In this document: positions 44,342 to 54,001 of the stretch, one piece after another | How the letters are laid out: every line of letters starts with the position of its first letter | Position numbering within the stretch: the first letter of the stretch is position 1 | Assembly (NCBI GenBank): GCA_965221625.1 | Contig: OZ244903.1 | Span: 644,685-708,684, forward strand | Source of the DNA: Dehalococcoidia bacterium | GTDB lineage: Bacteria > Chloroflexota > Dehalococcoidia > Lucifugimonadales > Lucifugimonadaceae | Reading direction: 5' to 3' | Length of the DNA stretch: 64,000 nucleotides | Program-made: the position numbers and the translations under genes | The notes under the pieces: model-generated | Seen by the model: the letters and a program-made list of their open reading frames with translations, nothing else | Databases searched by the model: none | What the model was told of the DNA's origin: nothing

Positions 44342-45505
44342 TTACCAGTTCGTGTGCGAGCCGTCTCGGCGGTGCAGATGCGGCGCCTCCCAAAACTGGA
44401 ACGGCTCCGTCAAACTCGCCTCGTCGACCTCAACGCCTAAACCGGGTTGGTCATCGTCCAAAACAACGCGCCCCGGTTGAATGTCTGGCTGCACCGGGAA
44501 CACCTCGCTCTGATAGAAGTTCAGATCCGGTTCGCCGATTGAAGCACGAATTTCCAACCACGAAAAGTTAGCGACAGCCGTCGCCATGTGCGAAGTCGCC
44601 GCGACGCAGATCGGGCCAAGCGGGTTGTGCGGCATCAGATCGATGTAGTGCGCCTCCGCCCAACCAGCAACCTTCATCGCTTCGGTGAAACCGCCGACGT
44701 TGCAGATGTCCAAACGGGCATAGTTAGTCAACCCCTTCTCGATGTAAGGGAGGAACTGCCACTTCGAAGCGAACTCTTCGCCGATTGCGAATGGGATCGG
44801 CGTCAGTTTCCGCAGTTCTTCGTATGCCTCGGGGCATTCATCGCGGATCGGCTCTTCAATGAAGTCTAAGGTGTGCGCTGGCATCATCTGGCAAAACGAA
44901 GCCGACTCGGCAACGGAAAGACGGTGATGGTAGTCAATTCCGATGACCGGTTCCAAACCGAGTGCTTCACGCGCTTTGATGAGTGCTTCCGCAGTCGGGG
45001 CGATCGATTCACGGGGTTCGAAAAGTGTAGGGTCGTCTTCCTCGCCAATCGTCTGCAGATTGAGTCGCATCGCCTTGTAGCCGTCGGCCCAAATCGCTTT
45101 ACCGATCTCAGCAACCTCCTCTGGCGTGGAGCCGCCACCTGATGCGAACGTCGGCACCCAGTCTCGCTGCTTGCCTCCGAGTAGCTCGTAGACAGGGACA
45201 CCCAGTTTCTTGCCTGCGATGTCGTGCAGTGCAATGTCGATCGCCGAGATCGCCCCGGTAATCGTTCGTCCGCCTTCGAAATACTGACCGCGGTACATCT
45301 CCTGCCACAGTCGACCTCGTTGCATCGGGTTTCGCCCGACCAAGAATTCACGGAAGTGGTCAACCATCCCGCTAACCGCGAGCTCGCGACCGGAGAAGCC
45401 TGATTCGCCCCAACCGTATATGCCTTCGTCGGTCTCAATCTTCACCAGCATCTGGTTGCGGTGCCCGACCCAGACTGGATAGTTCTTCACATCGGTAATC
45501 TTCAT
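44342..45505 (-). CDS. Enolase-superfamily dehydratase (D-galactonate/D-mannonate dehydratase-like)
   Basis: MKITDVK......N....VKIETDEGIYGWGE; AISAIDIALHDIAGKKLGVPVYELLGG; FIEEP; IGEE; HNPLGP. ATG at 45505 has AGGAG 5 nt upstream. The ORF-track start at 45601 adds 32 non-homologous aa. Confidence 0.88.
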   Translation of the reverse strand: MKITDVKNYPVWVGHRNQMLVKIETDEGIYGWGESGFSGRELAVSGMVDHFREFLVGRNPMQRGRLWQEMYRGQYFEGGRTITGAISAIDIALHDIAGKKLGVPVYELLGGKQRDWVPTFASGGGSTPEEVAEIGKAIWADGYKAMRLNLQTIGEEDDPTLFEPRESIAPTAEALIKAREALGLEPVIGIDYHHRLSVAESASFCQMMPAHTLDFIEEPIRDECPEAYEELRKLTPIPFAIGEEFASKWQFLPYIEKGLTNYARLDICNVGGFTEAMKVAGWAEAHYIDLMPHNPLGPICVAATSHMATAVANFSWLEIRASIGEPDLNFYQSEVFPVQPDIQPGRVVLDDDQPGLGVEVDEASLTEPFQFWEAPHLHRRDGSHTNW

Positions 45506-45608
45506 TGACGCTCCTGCCTTGGAGTGCTGATTGCGAAACGCGATACAAAGTCTAGCACCAAACGCATCAATCGCATGGTGCAAGTTTGAGGGATTGAACA
45601 AACGAATA

Positions 45609-45635
45609 CGCCTCGCACCGCAAAGGTCCGAGGCG
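45609..45635 (-). terminator. Putative terminator hairpin downstream of glnA
   Basis: CGCCTCG (45609-45615) pairs with CGAGGCG (45629-45635), plus an inner ACC/GGT extension. On the minus strand it is followed by TATTCGTTTGTT. Confidence 0.45.
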
Positions 45636-45663
45636 CATCGATTGCTCGCGTTTCAGTCGCTGA

Positions 45664-47082
45664 CTAGGCGTCGTAGCTGAGGAAGAACTCGTGCGGGTGC
45701 GGGCGTAGCCGAACCGCGTCTACTTCGTGCTCGCGCTTGAACGCGATGTATGCTTCGAGCAGATCCGGTGTGAACACGCCGCCCTTGAGCAGGAAGTCGT
45801 GGTCTGCCTCGAGTGCGTCGAGTGCTTCGGACAAACTTCCCGGCACTTGGGTCAGGAGTGCGGGATCGACTTCGTACAGGTCTTCCTGCATCGGCTCTCC
45901 GGGGTCGGCACCAGTGTCGATACCGTCGAGGCCGGCCATCAACATCGCCGAGAATGCGAGGTACGGGTTGCAAGTTGGGTCCGGGGGTCGAAACTCGATG
46001 CGTTTCGAGTTTGGAGAGTTCGAGTACATCGGGATGCGAGCAGCTGCCGAACGGTTGCGGGCTGATAGCGCAAGGATCGTCGGTGCCTCGAATCCGGGGA
46101 CCAATCGTTTGTACGAGTTGCTGCTTGGTGCGACTAGAGCCATCAATGCGGCACCGTGCTTCAACAACCCTCCCGTATACGCCAGTGCCATTTCGCTCAA
46201 CCCTACGTAGCCGTCGCCTGCGAATTGAGGTTTGCCGTGTTTCCAGATCGACTGGTGCGTGTGCATTCCGGTACCGTTGTCCTCAAACAGCGGTTTCGGC
46301 ATAAACGTAGCGGTCTTCCCGTACTTCCTCGCCGTATTCTTGAGGCAGTACTTGTATGCCATCACCTTGTCCGCGGCAGACTTCAGTGGGCTTGCGTGCC
46401 AGTTAATCTCGCCTTGTCCGGCGGTGGCGACTTCGTGGTGATGCTTTTCGATTTCGATGCCAAACGCCGCCATGTGTTCGCAAGCCTCGGCTCGGATCTC
46501 AGTCTGCGTGTCGGTTGGGGGTACCGGGAAGTAACCGCCCTTGTAGCGAACTTTGTGGCCGAGATTTGGACCGTCGCCCATCAAATCAGTAGCGTTGCCG
46601 GTGTTCCATATCGCTTCTTCCGAGTCGACGACATAGTGCGCCGAGTTCGATGAACCTCCATAGGAGACACTGTCGAAAATGAAGAACTCCGCTTCTGGTC
46701 CCCAGAGCGATTCATCACCGTAACCGGTCGACTTGAGGTACGCTTCAGCCTTGGCAGCAACGTGGCGCGGGTCTCGATCGTAGTTCTCCAAGGTGATCGG
46801 GTCGCGCACGTCGGCGATAACCGACACAGTCGACGGAATGATTGGATCCACCGTAGCCGTGTCGGCGTCGGGGAAGAGCAACATGTCGGATTCGTTGATC
46901 GTCTGGAATCCGCGAAGGCTGGATCCGTCGAAACCAGTACCTCCCGAGAATAATCCTTCGGTGACCTCGCTTTTCGGGAAAGATACGTGATGCCAAGTCC
47001 CTGGCACATCAGTGCATCGGATGTCCAACCACTTGGATCCCGACTCCTCCATCAACTTGATCACATCATCGACTGTCGCCAT
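45664..47082 (-). CDS. glnA: Glutamine synthetase, type I
   Basis: D.RF.D..G.W-type N-terminal beta-grasp; ATP-binding signature KPLFEDNGTGMHTHQS; NSYKRLVPG.EAP; 472 aa. Confidence 0.95.
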   Translation of the reverse strand: MATVDDVIKLMEESGSKWLDIRCTDVPGTWHHVSFPKSEVTEGLFSGGTGFDGSSLRGFQTINESDMLLFPDADTATVDPIIPSTVSVIADVRDPITLENYDRDPRHVAAKAEAYLKSTGYGDESLWGPEAEFFIFDSVSYGGSSNSAHYVVDSEEAIWNTGNATDLMGDGPNLGHKVRYKGGYFPVPPTDTQTEIRAEACEHMAAFGIEIEKHHHEVATAGQGEINWHASPLKSAADKVMAYKYCLKNTARKYGKTATFMPKPLFEDNGTGMHTHQSIWKHGKPQFAGDGYVGLSEMALAYTGGLLKHGAALMALVAPSSNSYKRLVPGFEAPTILALSARNRSAAARIPMYSNSPNSKRIEFRPPDPTCNPYLAFSAMLMAGLDGIDTGADPGEPMQEDLYEVDPALLTQVPGSLSEALDALEADHDFLLKGGVFTPDLLEAYIAFKREHEVDAVRLRPHPHEFFLSYDA

Positions 47083-47306
47083 CGTTTCGTCTACTCCTGA
47101 ATCTCAGCAACCATTGTGCAGGCGCGTCAGCGCAACACAGTCTAAAGATAACGCTTAGATGTTTCATAATTGTTTCCCTTTCGACCTACGTTTAGTTGAC
47201 CCATGACCGACTTGGTTAGAACGTCCCAAGCCCACCTGTCGAGTAACATTTCTGCATTGCCTAAGGACGACTACGGTAATCGTGGTCGCTAAGCCGGTAC
47301 AACAAA

Positions 47307-47717
47307 TTGAACTCTCTTCATTTGCAGGCAGTCAAGATGGGCGCGCACGCTGTCGATCACTGGCGCGCGGAGAACCCGGCTGCGAGACTAGACCTGACCG
47401 GTGCCGACCTGTCCGGCATGAACTTCGATGGTTGGAACCTTTCTCGGGCTATCCTCGACAATGCGAGTCTCGTCGGAGCCAAACTACGCGGTACAGATCT
47501 GTCGGAGTGTTGGGCGAGGCGTACCGATTTCTCGGACGCGGATCTGACGAAGGCATCACTATTTAGAGCTAGCCTCGCCGATGCCAACCTCCAAGACGCA
47601 AATCTGAGCCACACGAACATGTACCGATGCATCCTACGCGGTGCCACTCTCGCCGACACTGTGCTTGACAACGCTTGGACGGCGAAGGTCATTTGGCCTG
47701 ATACCAACCAGACTTGA
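47307..47717 (+). CDS. Pentapeptide-repeat protein
   Basis: Consecutive A(D/N)LxG/A-type pentads: ADLSGMNFDGWNLSRAILDNASLVGAKLRGTDLSECWARRTDFSDADLTKASLFRASLADANLQDANLSHTNM. Confidence 0.85.
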   Translation: MNSLHLQAVKMGAHAVDHWRAENPAARLDLTGADLSGMNFDGWNLSRAILDNASLVGAKLRGTDLSECWARRTDFSDADLTKASLFRASLADANLQDANLSHTNMYRCILRGATLADTVLDNAWTAKVIWPDTNQT

Positions 47718-47744
47718 CGTGCGCCAGAACTAAGGAGGCAGAAA

Positions 47745-48671
47745 ATGCAGACAGTCCAATTTGGCAACACCGGCTATGAGGTTTCGCGACTCGGGGCAGG
47801 TTTGGCGGAGATTGGCTCGGAGCTCGATTTCGACGACGTCGAGCAAGCCGGCGAGGTACTGAACAATGCCATAGACATGGGCATCAACTTTCTCGATACT
47901 GCCGCATGTTACGGCATCTCAGAAGAACTGATCGGCAGAACGGTCGCGCATCGACGCGACGAATACACGCTTGTCACCAAAGCCGGACATGCGAGGGGCG
48001 AAGGTCTCAACGGCAGTGACTGGAGCTATGAAACCGTACGCGACTCGATTGACCGCAGTCTGCGACGGCTCAAGACCGATTACGTCGACTTGGTGCAAAT
48101 TCACTCGTGTGGCATTGATGACCTTGAGCGTGGGGAGACGATTCGTGCACTCGAAGAAGCGAGGGATGCCGGCAAGACGCGCATGATCGGCTACTCAGGT
48201 GACAACGAGGCCGCGCATTGGGCTGTCGATTCAGGGATCTTCGCAACCTTGCAGACGAGCTTCAACCTAGTAGAGCAGCGCGCATACACCTCCGGATTGT
48301 TGAAGAAGTGCGCCGACAAAGGCATCGGCGTCATCGTGAAACGACCCATCGCCGGCGCGACATGGGGTATGGCGAAATCCGGACTCACTGGTTCGCGACG
48401 CGGCTACGACAACACCTACTTCGACCGTTGCAGAAAAGTACTCGACCACGGCGATGTACCGGGAGATCCTGACGATCCGATAGTCGCCGCAATGGGCTTC
48501 ACGCTCGCCCATCCTGAGATTCACGTTGCCATCATTGGAACCAAGAATCCTCGACACATGACGTCGAACATTGAAACTTTGGAAGAAGCTCTCAATATCG
48601 ACGGCACATTCGTCGATGCGATGCACGAACGTTTCGCTGAGCTGGACGACGGATGGCGGCAGCTCACGTAA
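47745..48671 (+). CDS. Aldo/keto reductase
   Basis: G.G......G; INFLDTAACYG.SEE.IG; DYVDLVQIHS; MIGYSG. Confidence 0.88.
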   Translation: MQTVQFGNTGYEVSRLGAGLAEIGSELDFDDVEQAGEVLNNAIDMGINFLDTAACYGISEELIGRTVAHRRDEYTLVTKAGHARGEGLNGSDWSYETVRDSIDRSLRRLKTDYVDLVQIHSCGIDDLERGETIRALEEARDAGKTRMIGYSGDNEAAHWAVDSGIFATLQTSFNLVEQRAYTSGLLKKCADKGIGVIVKRPIAGATWGMAKSGLTGSRRGYDNTYFDRCRKVLDHGDVPGDPDDPIVAAMGFTLAHPEIHVAIIGTKNPRHMTSNIETLEEALNIDGTFVDAMHERFAELDDGWRQLT

Positions 48672-49570
48672 CCCCATCAAAGAGTAGCCTTGAAAATCTA
48701 ATCGGTCTTCGGGGGCACGGCAAAAAATCGCAGTTGACCGACCTGCTTTCGCGCGCGTGGAATCCGGCACCTTGGAGCGAGGGCGACAACATTCCGTGGC
48801 ATGATCCCGAGTTCAGCACACGGATGTTGCTCGAACATCTGGACCAGTCGCACGACCTCGCAAGCCGAAGATTCGAAAAGATCGACGCGCACGTCAATTG
48901 GATCCATCGCAAACTATTACTGTGTCGTGCCGATGGCGTGCTCGATCTGGGCTGTGGACCTGGCCTCTATGCAAACCGGTTGGCGGAACTAGGGCACCAA
49001 TGCGTGGGCATCGACTACTCTCCGGCGTCCATCGCGTACGCGCAGGAGCAGGCACTCGAGCTCGAGCTGCGGTGCCGTTACATTCACGAAGACATCCGTA
49101 GTGCAGAGTACGGCTCCGACTTCGCAATCGCGATGCTCATATACGGTGAGTTCAACGTCTTCAAACCATCCGATGCGTTAACGATTTTGGCTAAAGCGTG
49201 GGACGCGCTCCGGGCCGACGGAGTTTTGCTGCTGGAGGCGCACACCTACGCAACCGTCCGTGATGTCGGGTTGGCATCGCCTACGTGGCGGTTGCTCCCT
49301 GAAGGTCTTTTCTCAAATGCGCCGCATCTCTACTTGCAGGAGAATGCCTGGGATGAGGAGGTTGCTGCCGCAACAACAAGATATCTGATCGTCGACGCCG
49401 CCTCCGGGGAAGTTACGCGCTTCGCCCAATCCTTTCAGGCATATACCGAAACGCAGTATCGATCCGTACTTGAAAACGCCGGTTTCAAAGGAGTGCACTT
49501 CCTCCCTTCGCTGACTGGCAGCAGGGAAGACGCGCATCCCGGTTTGATGGTGATTACAGCGCACAAATGA
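48653..49570 (+). CDS. Class I SAM-dependent methyltransferase
   Basis: VLDLGCGPGLY SAM motif; GIDYSP; typical length. ATG 48653 overlaps the AKR stop by 19 nt. Confidence 0.78.
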   Translation: MAAAHVTPSKSSLENLIGLRGHGKKSQLTDLLSRAWNPAPWSEGDNIPWHDPEFSTRMLLEHLDQSHDLASRRFEKIDAHVNWIHRKLLLCRADGVLDLGCGPGLYANRLAELGHQCVGIDYSPASIAYAQEQALELELRCRYIHEDIRSAEYGSDFAIAMLIYGEFNVFKPSDALTILAKAWDALRADGVLLLEAHTYATVRDVGLASPTWRLLPEGLFSNAPHLYLQENAWDEEVAAATTRYLIVDAASGEVTRFAQSFQAYTETQYRSVLENAGFKGVHFLPSLTGSREDAHPGLMVITAHK

Positions 49571-49758
49571 CTAGGCTCATCCTCCCCCAATCGAGACGTT
49601 CACAACAGCTGACGAGTTGACGGCGATCACCTCAGCGCGTCGTAGCTGTGCGGCAAGGCCGGAACTACCACCTTGAATCTTGTAGACTACCCTCACCGGA
49701 CGCGTCATCACGCAATGTCGCCTGACGGTTGCTAGATTCCCAAGTCCAACGCCTATCA

Positions 49759-50922
49759 ATGAAGATCGAACGGATCGAAGTCCATCCACTCGTCGGCAAA
49801 CTAAATCAACCGTTCGGTTGGTCGCAGCGATGGACCGATGAGCGTGCCACGCAGGTTGTCAAGGTGATCGCCGATGACGGGACTTATGGCTGGGGCGAAA
49901 CGGGTGTGGATTCAAGATCGATCGCAGTTATGTCGCAATCGCTGATCGGACGAAATCCCGAACACTTCGGTGCCATCGCTCAGTCACTCATCAACCCGAG
50001 GTACCAGAGCGGAGGATACGCCGGAGCGGTCTCCAACGTCGTTAGTGCCATCGATATGGCTCTACACGATCTCGTCGGCCGCGCCCGTGGCCGGCCCGTA
50101 TACGAGCTGCTCGGCGGCAAGGTGCGAGACCGCATCTGCACCTACGCTACCGGGCTTTACTACGTTCCGTCAGATCTCGAAGATGAATCTTGGACCGATT
50201 TCAGAGCGGAGGCAGGAGGATACGTTGAGCAAGGCTTCACCGGCATGAAGATGAAGATCGGCGGATTGACGACTGCACAGGACATTGATCGAGTTCGCGC
50301 CCTCCGTCGCACCGTGGGCGACAACATCCGAATCATGGTTGACGCAAACGAAGCCTATGACCCAATGACTGCTTTGCAGGTTTCGAAGAAGATTGCTAAC
50401 GCCGACGTCACTTGGTTCGAGGAGCCATGTTCTTCGCGCGCTGATGAGGACAATCTGTTGGTCACGAATCGGTCTCCGGTGCCAACTTCAGGTGGCGAAT
50501 CTGCGAGTACTCGCCGTGAGGTCGCGCGGCTCTTGCGCACCCGCGTATTCGACATCATCCAGCCTGAAATCGTGAACGTCGGTGGCATTTCTGAACTGCG
50601 TCTGGCAGCGCAGATGGCTGAAGCCTGCAACGTGCGCTTCGTACCCCATTTCTGGAATACGGGCATCAGTTTCTCCGCCATTCTCCACACGCTCGCCACG
50701 GTTTCTCAATCACCACCGGCCTATCCGAAAGAACCGTACGTCAACGAACCTGTTACGGAGTTCGACCAGACCCCCCATCCAATCCGAGAGAATCTGACCG
50801 ATCCCGTCTTCAAGCAAGTCGACAGTCACGTCGAGGTCCCTAATGCCCCTGGCCTCGGCGTGGAGGTTGACGCCGACGCACTTGACCACTTCCGTCTTGG
50901 CGATCCAATCGTCGTGAAGTAA
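49759..50922 (+). CDS. Enolase-superfamily enzyme, mandelate-racemase subgroup (acid-sugar dehydratase-like), tandem copy 1
   Basis: MKIERIEVHPL; KxK motif GMKMKIGG; metal ligands in MVDANEAY, WFEEP, GGES; IIQPE; VPHFW. Confidence 0.88.
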   Translation: MKIERIEVHPLVGKLNQPFGWSQRWTDERATQVVKVIADDGTYGWGETGVDSRSIAVMSQSLIGRNPEHFGAIAQSLINPRYQSGGYAGAVSNVVSAIDMALHDLVGRARGRPVYELLGGKVRDRICTYATGLYYVPSDLEDESWTDFRAEAGGYVEQGFTGMKMKIGGLTTAQDIDRVRALRRTVGDNIRIMVDANEAYDPMTALQVSKKIANADVTWFEEPCSSRADEDNLLVTNRSPVPTSGGESASTRREVARLLRTRVFDIIQPEIVNVGGISELRLAAQMAEACNVRFVPHFWNTGISFSAILHTLATVSQSPPAYPKEPYVNEPVTEFDQTPHPIRENLTDPVFKQVDSHVEVPNAPGLGVEVDADALDHFRLGDPIVVK

Positions 50923-50950
50923 ACGCCGTGTGGAAGCGGTATCGCATGCC

Positions 50951-52114
50951 ATGAAGATTGAGCGCATCGAGTTACACCCACTTTCGGGCAAACTCTCGAA
51001 ACCGTACAAGTCTTCGATGCAGTGGAAGACTAGCCGTGACACTCTTGCGGTGCGGGTTGTTGGCGACGACGGCACGTACGGATGGGGAGAAACGGGAGCA
51101 GACGCGCAGACGTTCGCGGGTTCGGTTCAGCACCTCATCGGTGAAAACCCGGAGCGGTTCGGTGCCATCTGGCAGTCCATCGTCAACACTCGATACCAAG
51201 GAGGAGGATATGCCGGCAGCGCGTCGAACGTCGCGAGTGCGATCGACATGGCATTGCACGACCTCGTCGGAAAGACGCGTGGATTGCCCGTCCATGAGCT
51301 CCTCGGAGGCAAAGTCCGGGACAAGATCGCGGTCTACGCGACCGGTCTCTTCTACGACGAAGACAACATGAATGATCCGACGTGGTCGGGCCTGATCGAC
51401 GAGGCGCAAGTTTACGCTGAAGCCGGTTTCAGAGCGATGAAGATGAAGGTGGGCGGCCTCACGCTCGACGAAGACGCTGATCGCGTGCAAGCGATCCGGC
51501 GGGCCGTCGGGGATAACGTCCGCATCATGGTCGACGCCAATGAAGCGTACGAGCCGGTGTCAGCAATCACATTCGCACGGAAGATTGCGGACTCCGACGT
51601 TTCGTGGTTTGAGGAACCGGTCGCTTCGATGGATCTGGCAGGCAATTCGTTGGTCACTCAACGATCACCAGTCCCGACCGCGGGTGGGGAATCCGCCAGC
51701 ACCAGACGCGATATCGGAAGGTTGCTCCGCCAACGGACATTCGACTTCATCCAACCGGAGATTGTCGTGGTTGGCGGCGTGTCGGAACTGAAGCTCTGCG
51801 CTTCGATGGCTGAGGCGTTCAACGTAGGCTTTTGCCCACACTTCTTCAACACTCACATCAGCCTGGCTGCCACTCTGCACGTTCTCGCCACGATTTCGCA
51901 GGCACCCCCGGCGTACATCAAAGAGCCGTTCGTCAACGAACCGGTAACTGAGTTCGACCAGACAGAGCACCCGGTCCGTGAGGTGCTGACCGATCCGTTC
52001 TTCCGGCAGAGCGATAGCCATATCGCAGTATCAGATTCGCCTGGTCTCGGCATCGAAATCAACGAAGATGCCCTGAACTATTTCCGACAAGGCCCACCGA
52101 TTGTGGTCGAATGA
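50951..52114 (+). CDS. Enolase-superfamily enzyme, mandelate-racemase subgroup, tandem copy 2 (close paralog of 49759..50922)
   Basis: MKIERIELHPL; AMKMKVGG; MVDANEAY; WFEEP; GGES; FIQPE; CPHFF. Collinear with copy 1 along its full length. Confidence 0.88.
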   Translation: MKIERIELHPLSGKLSKPYKSSMQWKTSRDTLAVRVVGDDGTYGWGETGADAQTFAGSVQHLIGENPERFGAIWQSIVNTRYQGGGYAGSASNVASAIDMALHDLVGKTRGLPVHELLGGKVRDKIAVYATGLFYDEDNMNDPTWSGLIDEAQVYAEAGFRAMKMKVGGLTLDEDADRVQAIRRAVGDNVRIMVDANEAYEPVSAITFARKIADSDVSWFEEPVASMDLAGNSLVTQRSPVPTAGGESASTRRDIGRLLRQRTFDFIQPEIVVVGGVSELKLCASMAEAFNVGFCPHFFNTHISLAATLHVLATISQAPPAYIKEPFVNEPVTEFDQTEHPVREVLTDPFFRQSDSHIAVSDSPGLGIEINEDALNYFRQGPPIVVE

Positions 52115-52150
52115 TAGATCGCCCGATCGCAGCGAGACCGGAATAGCCGA

Positions 52151-53296
52151 ATGAAGATCACCGACGTGAAGCTGTCAATCCTTGAGATGGACGGCTCCGA
52201 CCAGTATTACGACCTCGTTAAGTTAGAAGGTCAACGGCGCGAGCGTTGGCTGCATCACACTGTTCCGGCGCAGGCAAAGAACCGATACGAGTACGTGCTG
52301 CACGTCGAAACCGACGAAGGGTTAACGGGCGTCTGCACCACGCCGGGGGACGGTCACACGGGTTTACACCCCTCCGATCTGCCGCAACTCAAGGCTCTAG
52401 TCGTGGGCGAAGATCCTCTCAAACGCGAGTTTCTTTACCAAAAGCTGCATCAGGGCACTCGCTGGGTATACCGGTCGCAGAGTTGGTTCGGTGGATTCGA
52501 CAACTGTCTCTGGGACATCGCGGGAAAGGCAGCGAACCTGCCGGTGTACTCGCTCCTAGGTAAGGTGAGAGACGATATTCATGCCTACTACAACACGCGC
52601 GGTGCGACTATTGAGGAAGCAGTCGAGGATGCGCAAAGGGCAATGGATCTCGGATTCGTCGCCGTCAAAGACCACTTCTATCACCCAGTCGACGAGAACA
52701 TTCGTTGGTTGACCGCAATCCGCGAAGGGGTAGGCGAACAGATCGACTGCATGCACGATCCGGTGGCGATCTACACCTTCGAAGAAGCTCTAAAGGTTGG
52801 ACGAGCTCTTGAGGAGCTGGATTATCGGTGGTTTGAGGAACCGATTCCTGAGCGTCAGCACAACAAACTGGTTGCACTCGCCAAGAATCTCGACATCCCG
52901 ATAATGGCAACCGAGACGTTCATGTACGACACCGATCTCTGTGCTCAATACCTAATTTCAGGTGCCACCGACCTTATTCGCCAAAACGCTCGTCATGGCA
53001 CCACGGCACTGATGAAGTTGGCGCACCTCGCCGAATTGCACGGCACGAACGTCGAACTCAACGGCCCAGGCGGACTGTACGGGCTGGTACACGCCCATCT
53101 GCTTTGCGCCATCCAAAATACTTCGTACTACGAATGCTTCCCCGGCGGACGGCACGACGTCGACGGCCTCCAAATCGGACTGCAAAACCCTGTGGCACCG
53201 ATCGACGGCAAAATTCGCCCTCCCGATACACCGGGTTGGGGTGCCGAATGGGACTGGAATCAGTTCGACCGAAGGACAGTCGAGACGATCTCTTAA
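52151..53296 (+). CDS. Enolase-superfamily enzyme (divergent member), third gene of the tandem
   Basis: MKITDVK; CLWDIAGKAANLPVYSLLG; HDP...Y; WFEEP; ATE. 36 nt downstream of copy 2. Confidence 0.8.
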   Translation: MKITDVKLSILEMDGSDQYYDLVKLEGQRRERWLHHTVPAQAKNRYEYVLHVETDEGLTGVCTTPGDGHTGLHPSDLPQLKALVVGEDPLKREFLYQKLHQGTRWVYRSQSWFGGFDNCLWDIAGKAANLPVYSLLGKVRDDIHAYYNTRGATIEEAVEDAQRAMDLGFVAVKDHFYHPVDENIRWLTAIREGVGEQIDCMHDPVAIYTFEEALKVGRALEELDYRWFEEPIPERQHNKLVALAKNLDIPIMATETFMYDTDLCAQYLISGATDLIRQNARHGTTALMKLAHLAELHGTNVELNGPGGLYGLVHAHLLCAIQNTSYYECFPGGRHDVDGLQIGLQNPVAPIDGKIRPPDTPGWGAEWDWNQFDRRTVETIS

Positions 53297-53985
53297 CAGA
53301 GCCGCCGGAGCTTGTCGGCGACCAAGTTTACGCCTTTAGCGAACTCACTTGCGCCACCGAACGACGGATGACGGATTCCGATTGAGGCGACGCCTATGGA
53401 GTTGCAGGCGTCTTGGGCGACGCGACCAACGGCTACCGGTAACAGCTCCGGGAACATCGCCACGATCTTGCGCAACCACTTGGTGCCTTTCTTCAACTCG
53501 TGCTTCGTCGGCTTCCGATTCGACTCCTCGCCTCCATGATCGACTTCAATCGGCCAAAACGGATACGCGTTCCAGGTGAGTGGAGGCGGCAGGTCCTTGA
53601 AGGCGAATGAGACGTGTCGCCAGAAGATTGTGGCAGTAGCTTCCCTATGCTGAGGATCAACTTCAGACGGGACGCGATACGAACCATAGGTAAGTTGCCA
53701 CAGTTCCGAGTCGAGTGAGGTCATGAGATTCGGCGACACGAACGGGATGCCCGTCAGTGCCGCCCCATGCTTCCCCGGTGCCTCGCCGATGAACAACGCG
53801 GTGACGGATGACTGGTCAACCAATGCAAGCCAACGACGTAAATTCTCTGCGCGTACAGGATCTGCGTAAGGATTAATGGCACGGTGATCGCCCATTTTGG
53901 CGTCGATGAGTGACTGGACGAACGCGTCAACCGAAGGATTCAACGAAGCACCTTGCGCGTCAACATCTGGGGTAAGGCATGGCAA
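53293..53985 (-). CDS. Uracil-DNA glycosylase-superfamily protein
   Basis: Motif A FIGEAPG....ALTGIPF and motif B IRHPS. Confidence 0.65.
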   Translation of the reverse strand: MPCLTPDVDAQGASLNPSVDAFVQSLIDAKMGDHRAINPYADPVRAENLRRWLALVDQSSVTALFIGEAPGKHGAALTGIPFVSPNLMTSLDSELWQLTYGSYRVPSEVDPQHREATATIFWRHVSFAFKDLPPPLTWNAYPFWPIEVDHGGEESNRKPTKHELKKGTKWLRKIVAMFPELLPVAVGRVAQDACNSIGVASIGIRHPSFGGASEFAKGVNLVADKLRRLC

Positions 53986-54001
53986 TGCTTAGAATCTGTG
54001 C

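Noticed and set aside
47083-47306. Glutamine riboswitch or GlnR/TnrA/NtcA-type operator in the glnA leader
   Set aside because: I found no convincing match to the motifs I remember (glnA RNA core, TGTNA-N7-TNACA, GTA-N8-TAC). Only weak partial similarities were present.
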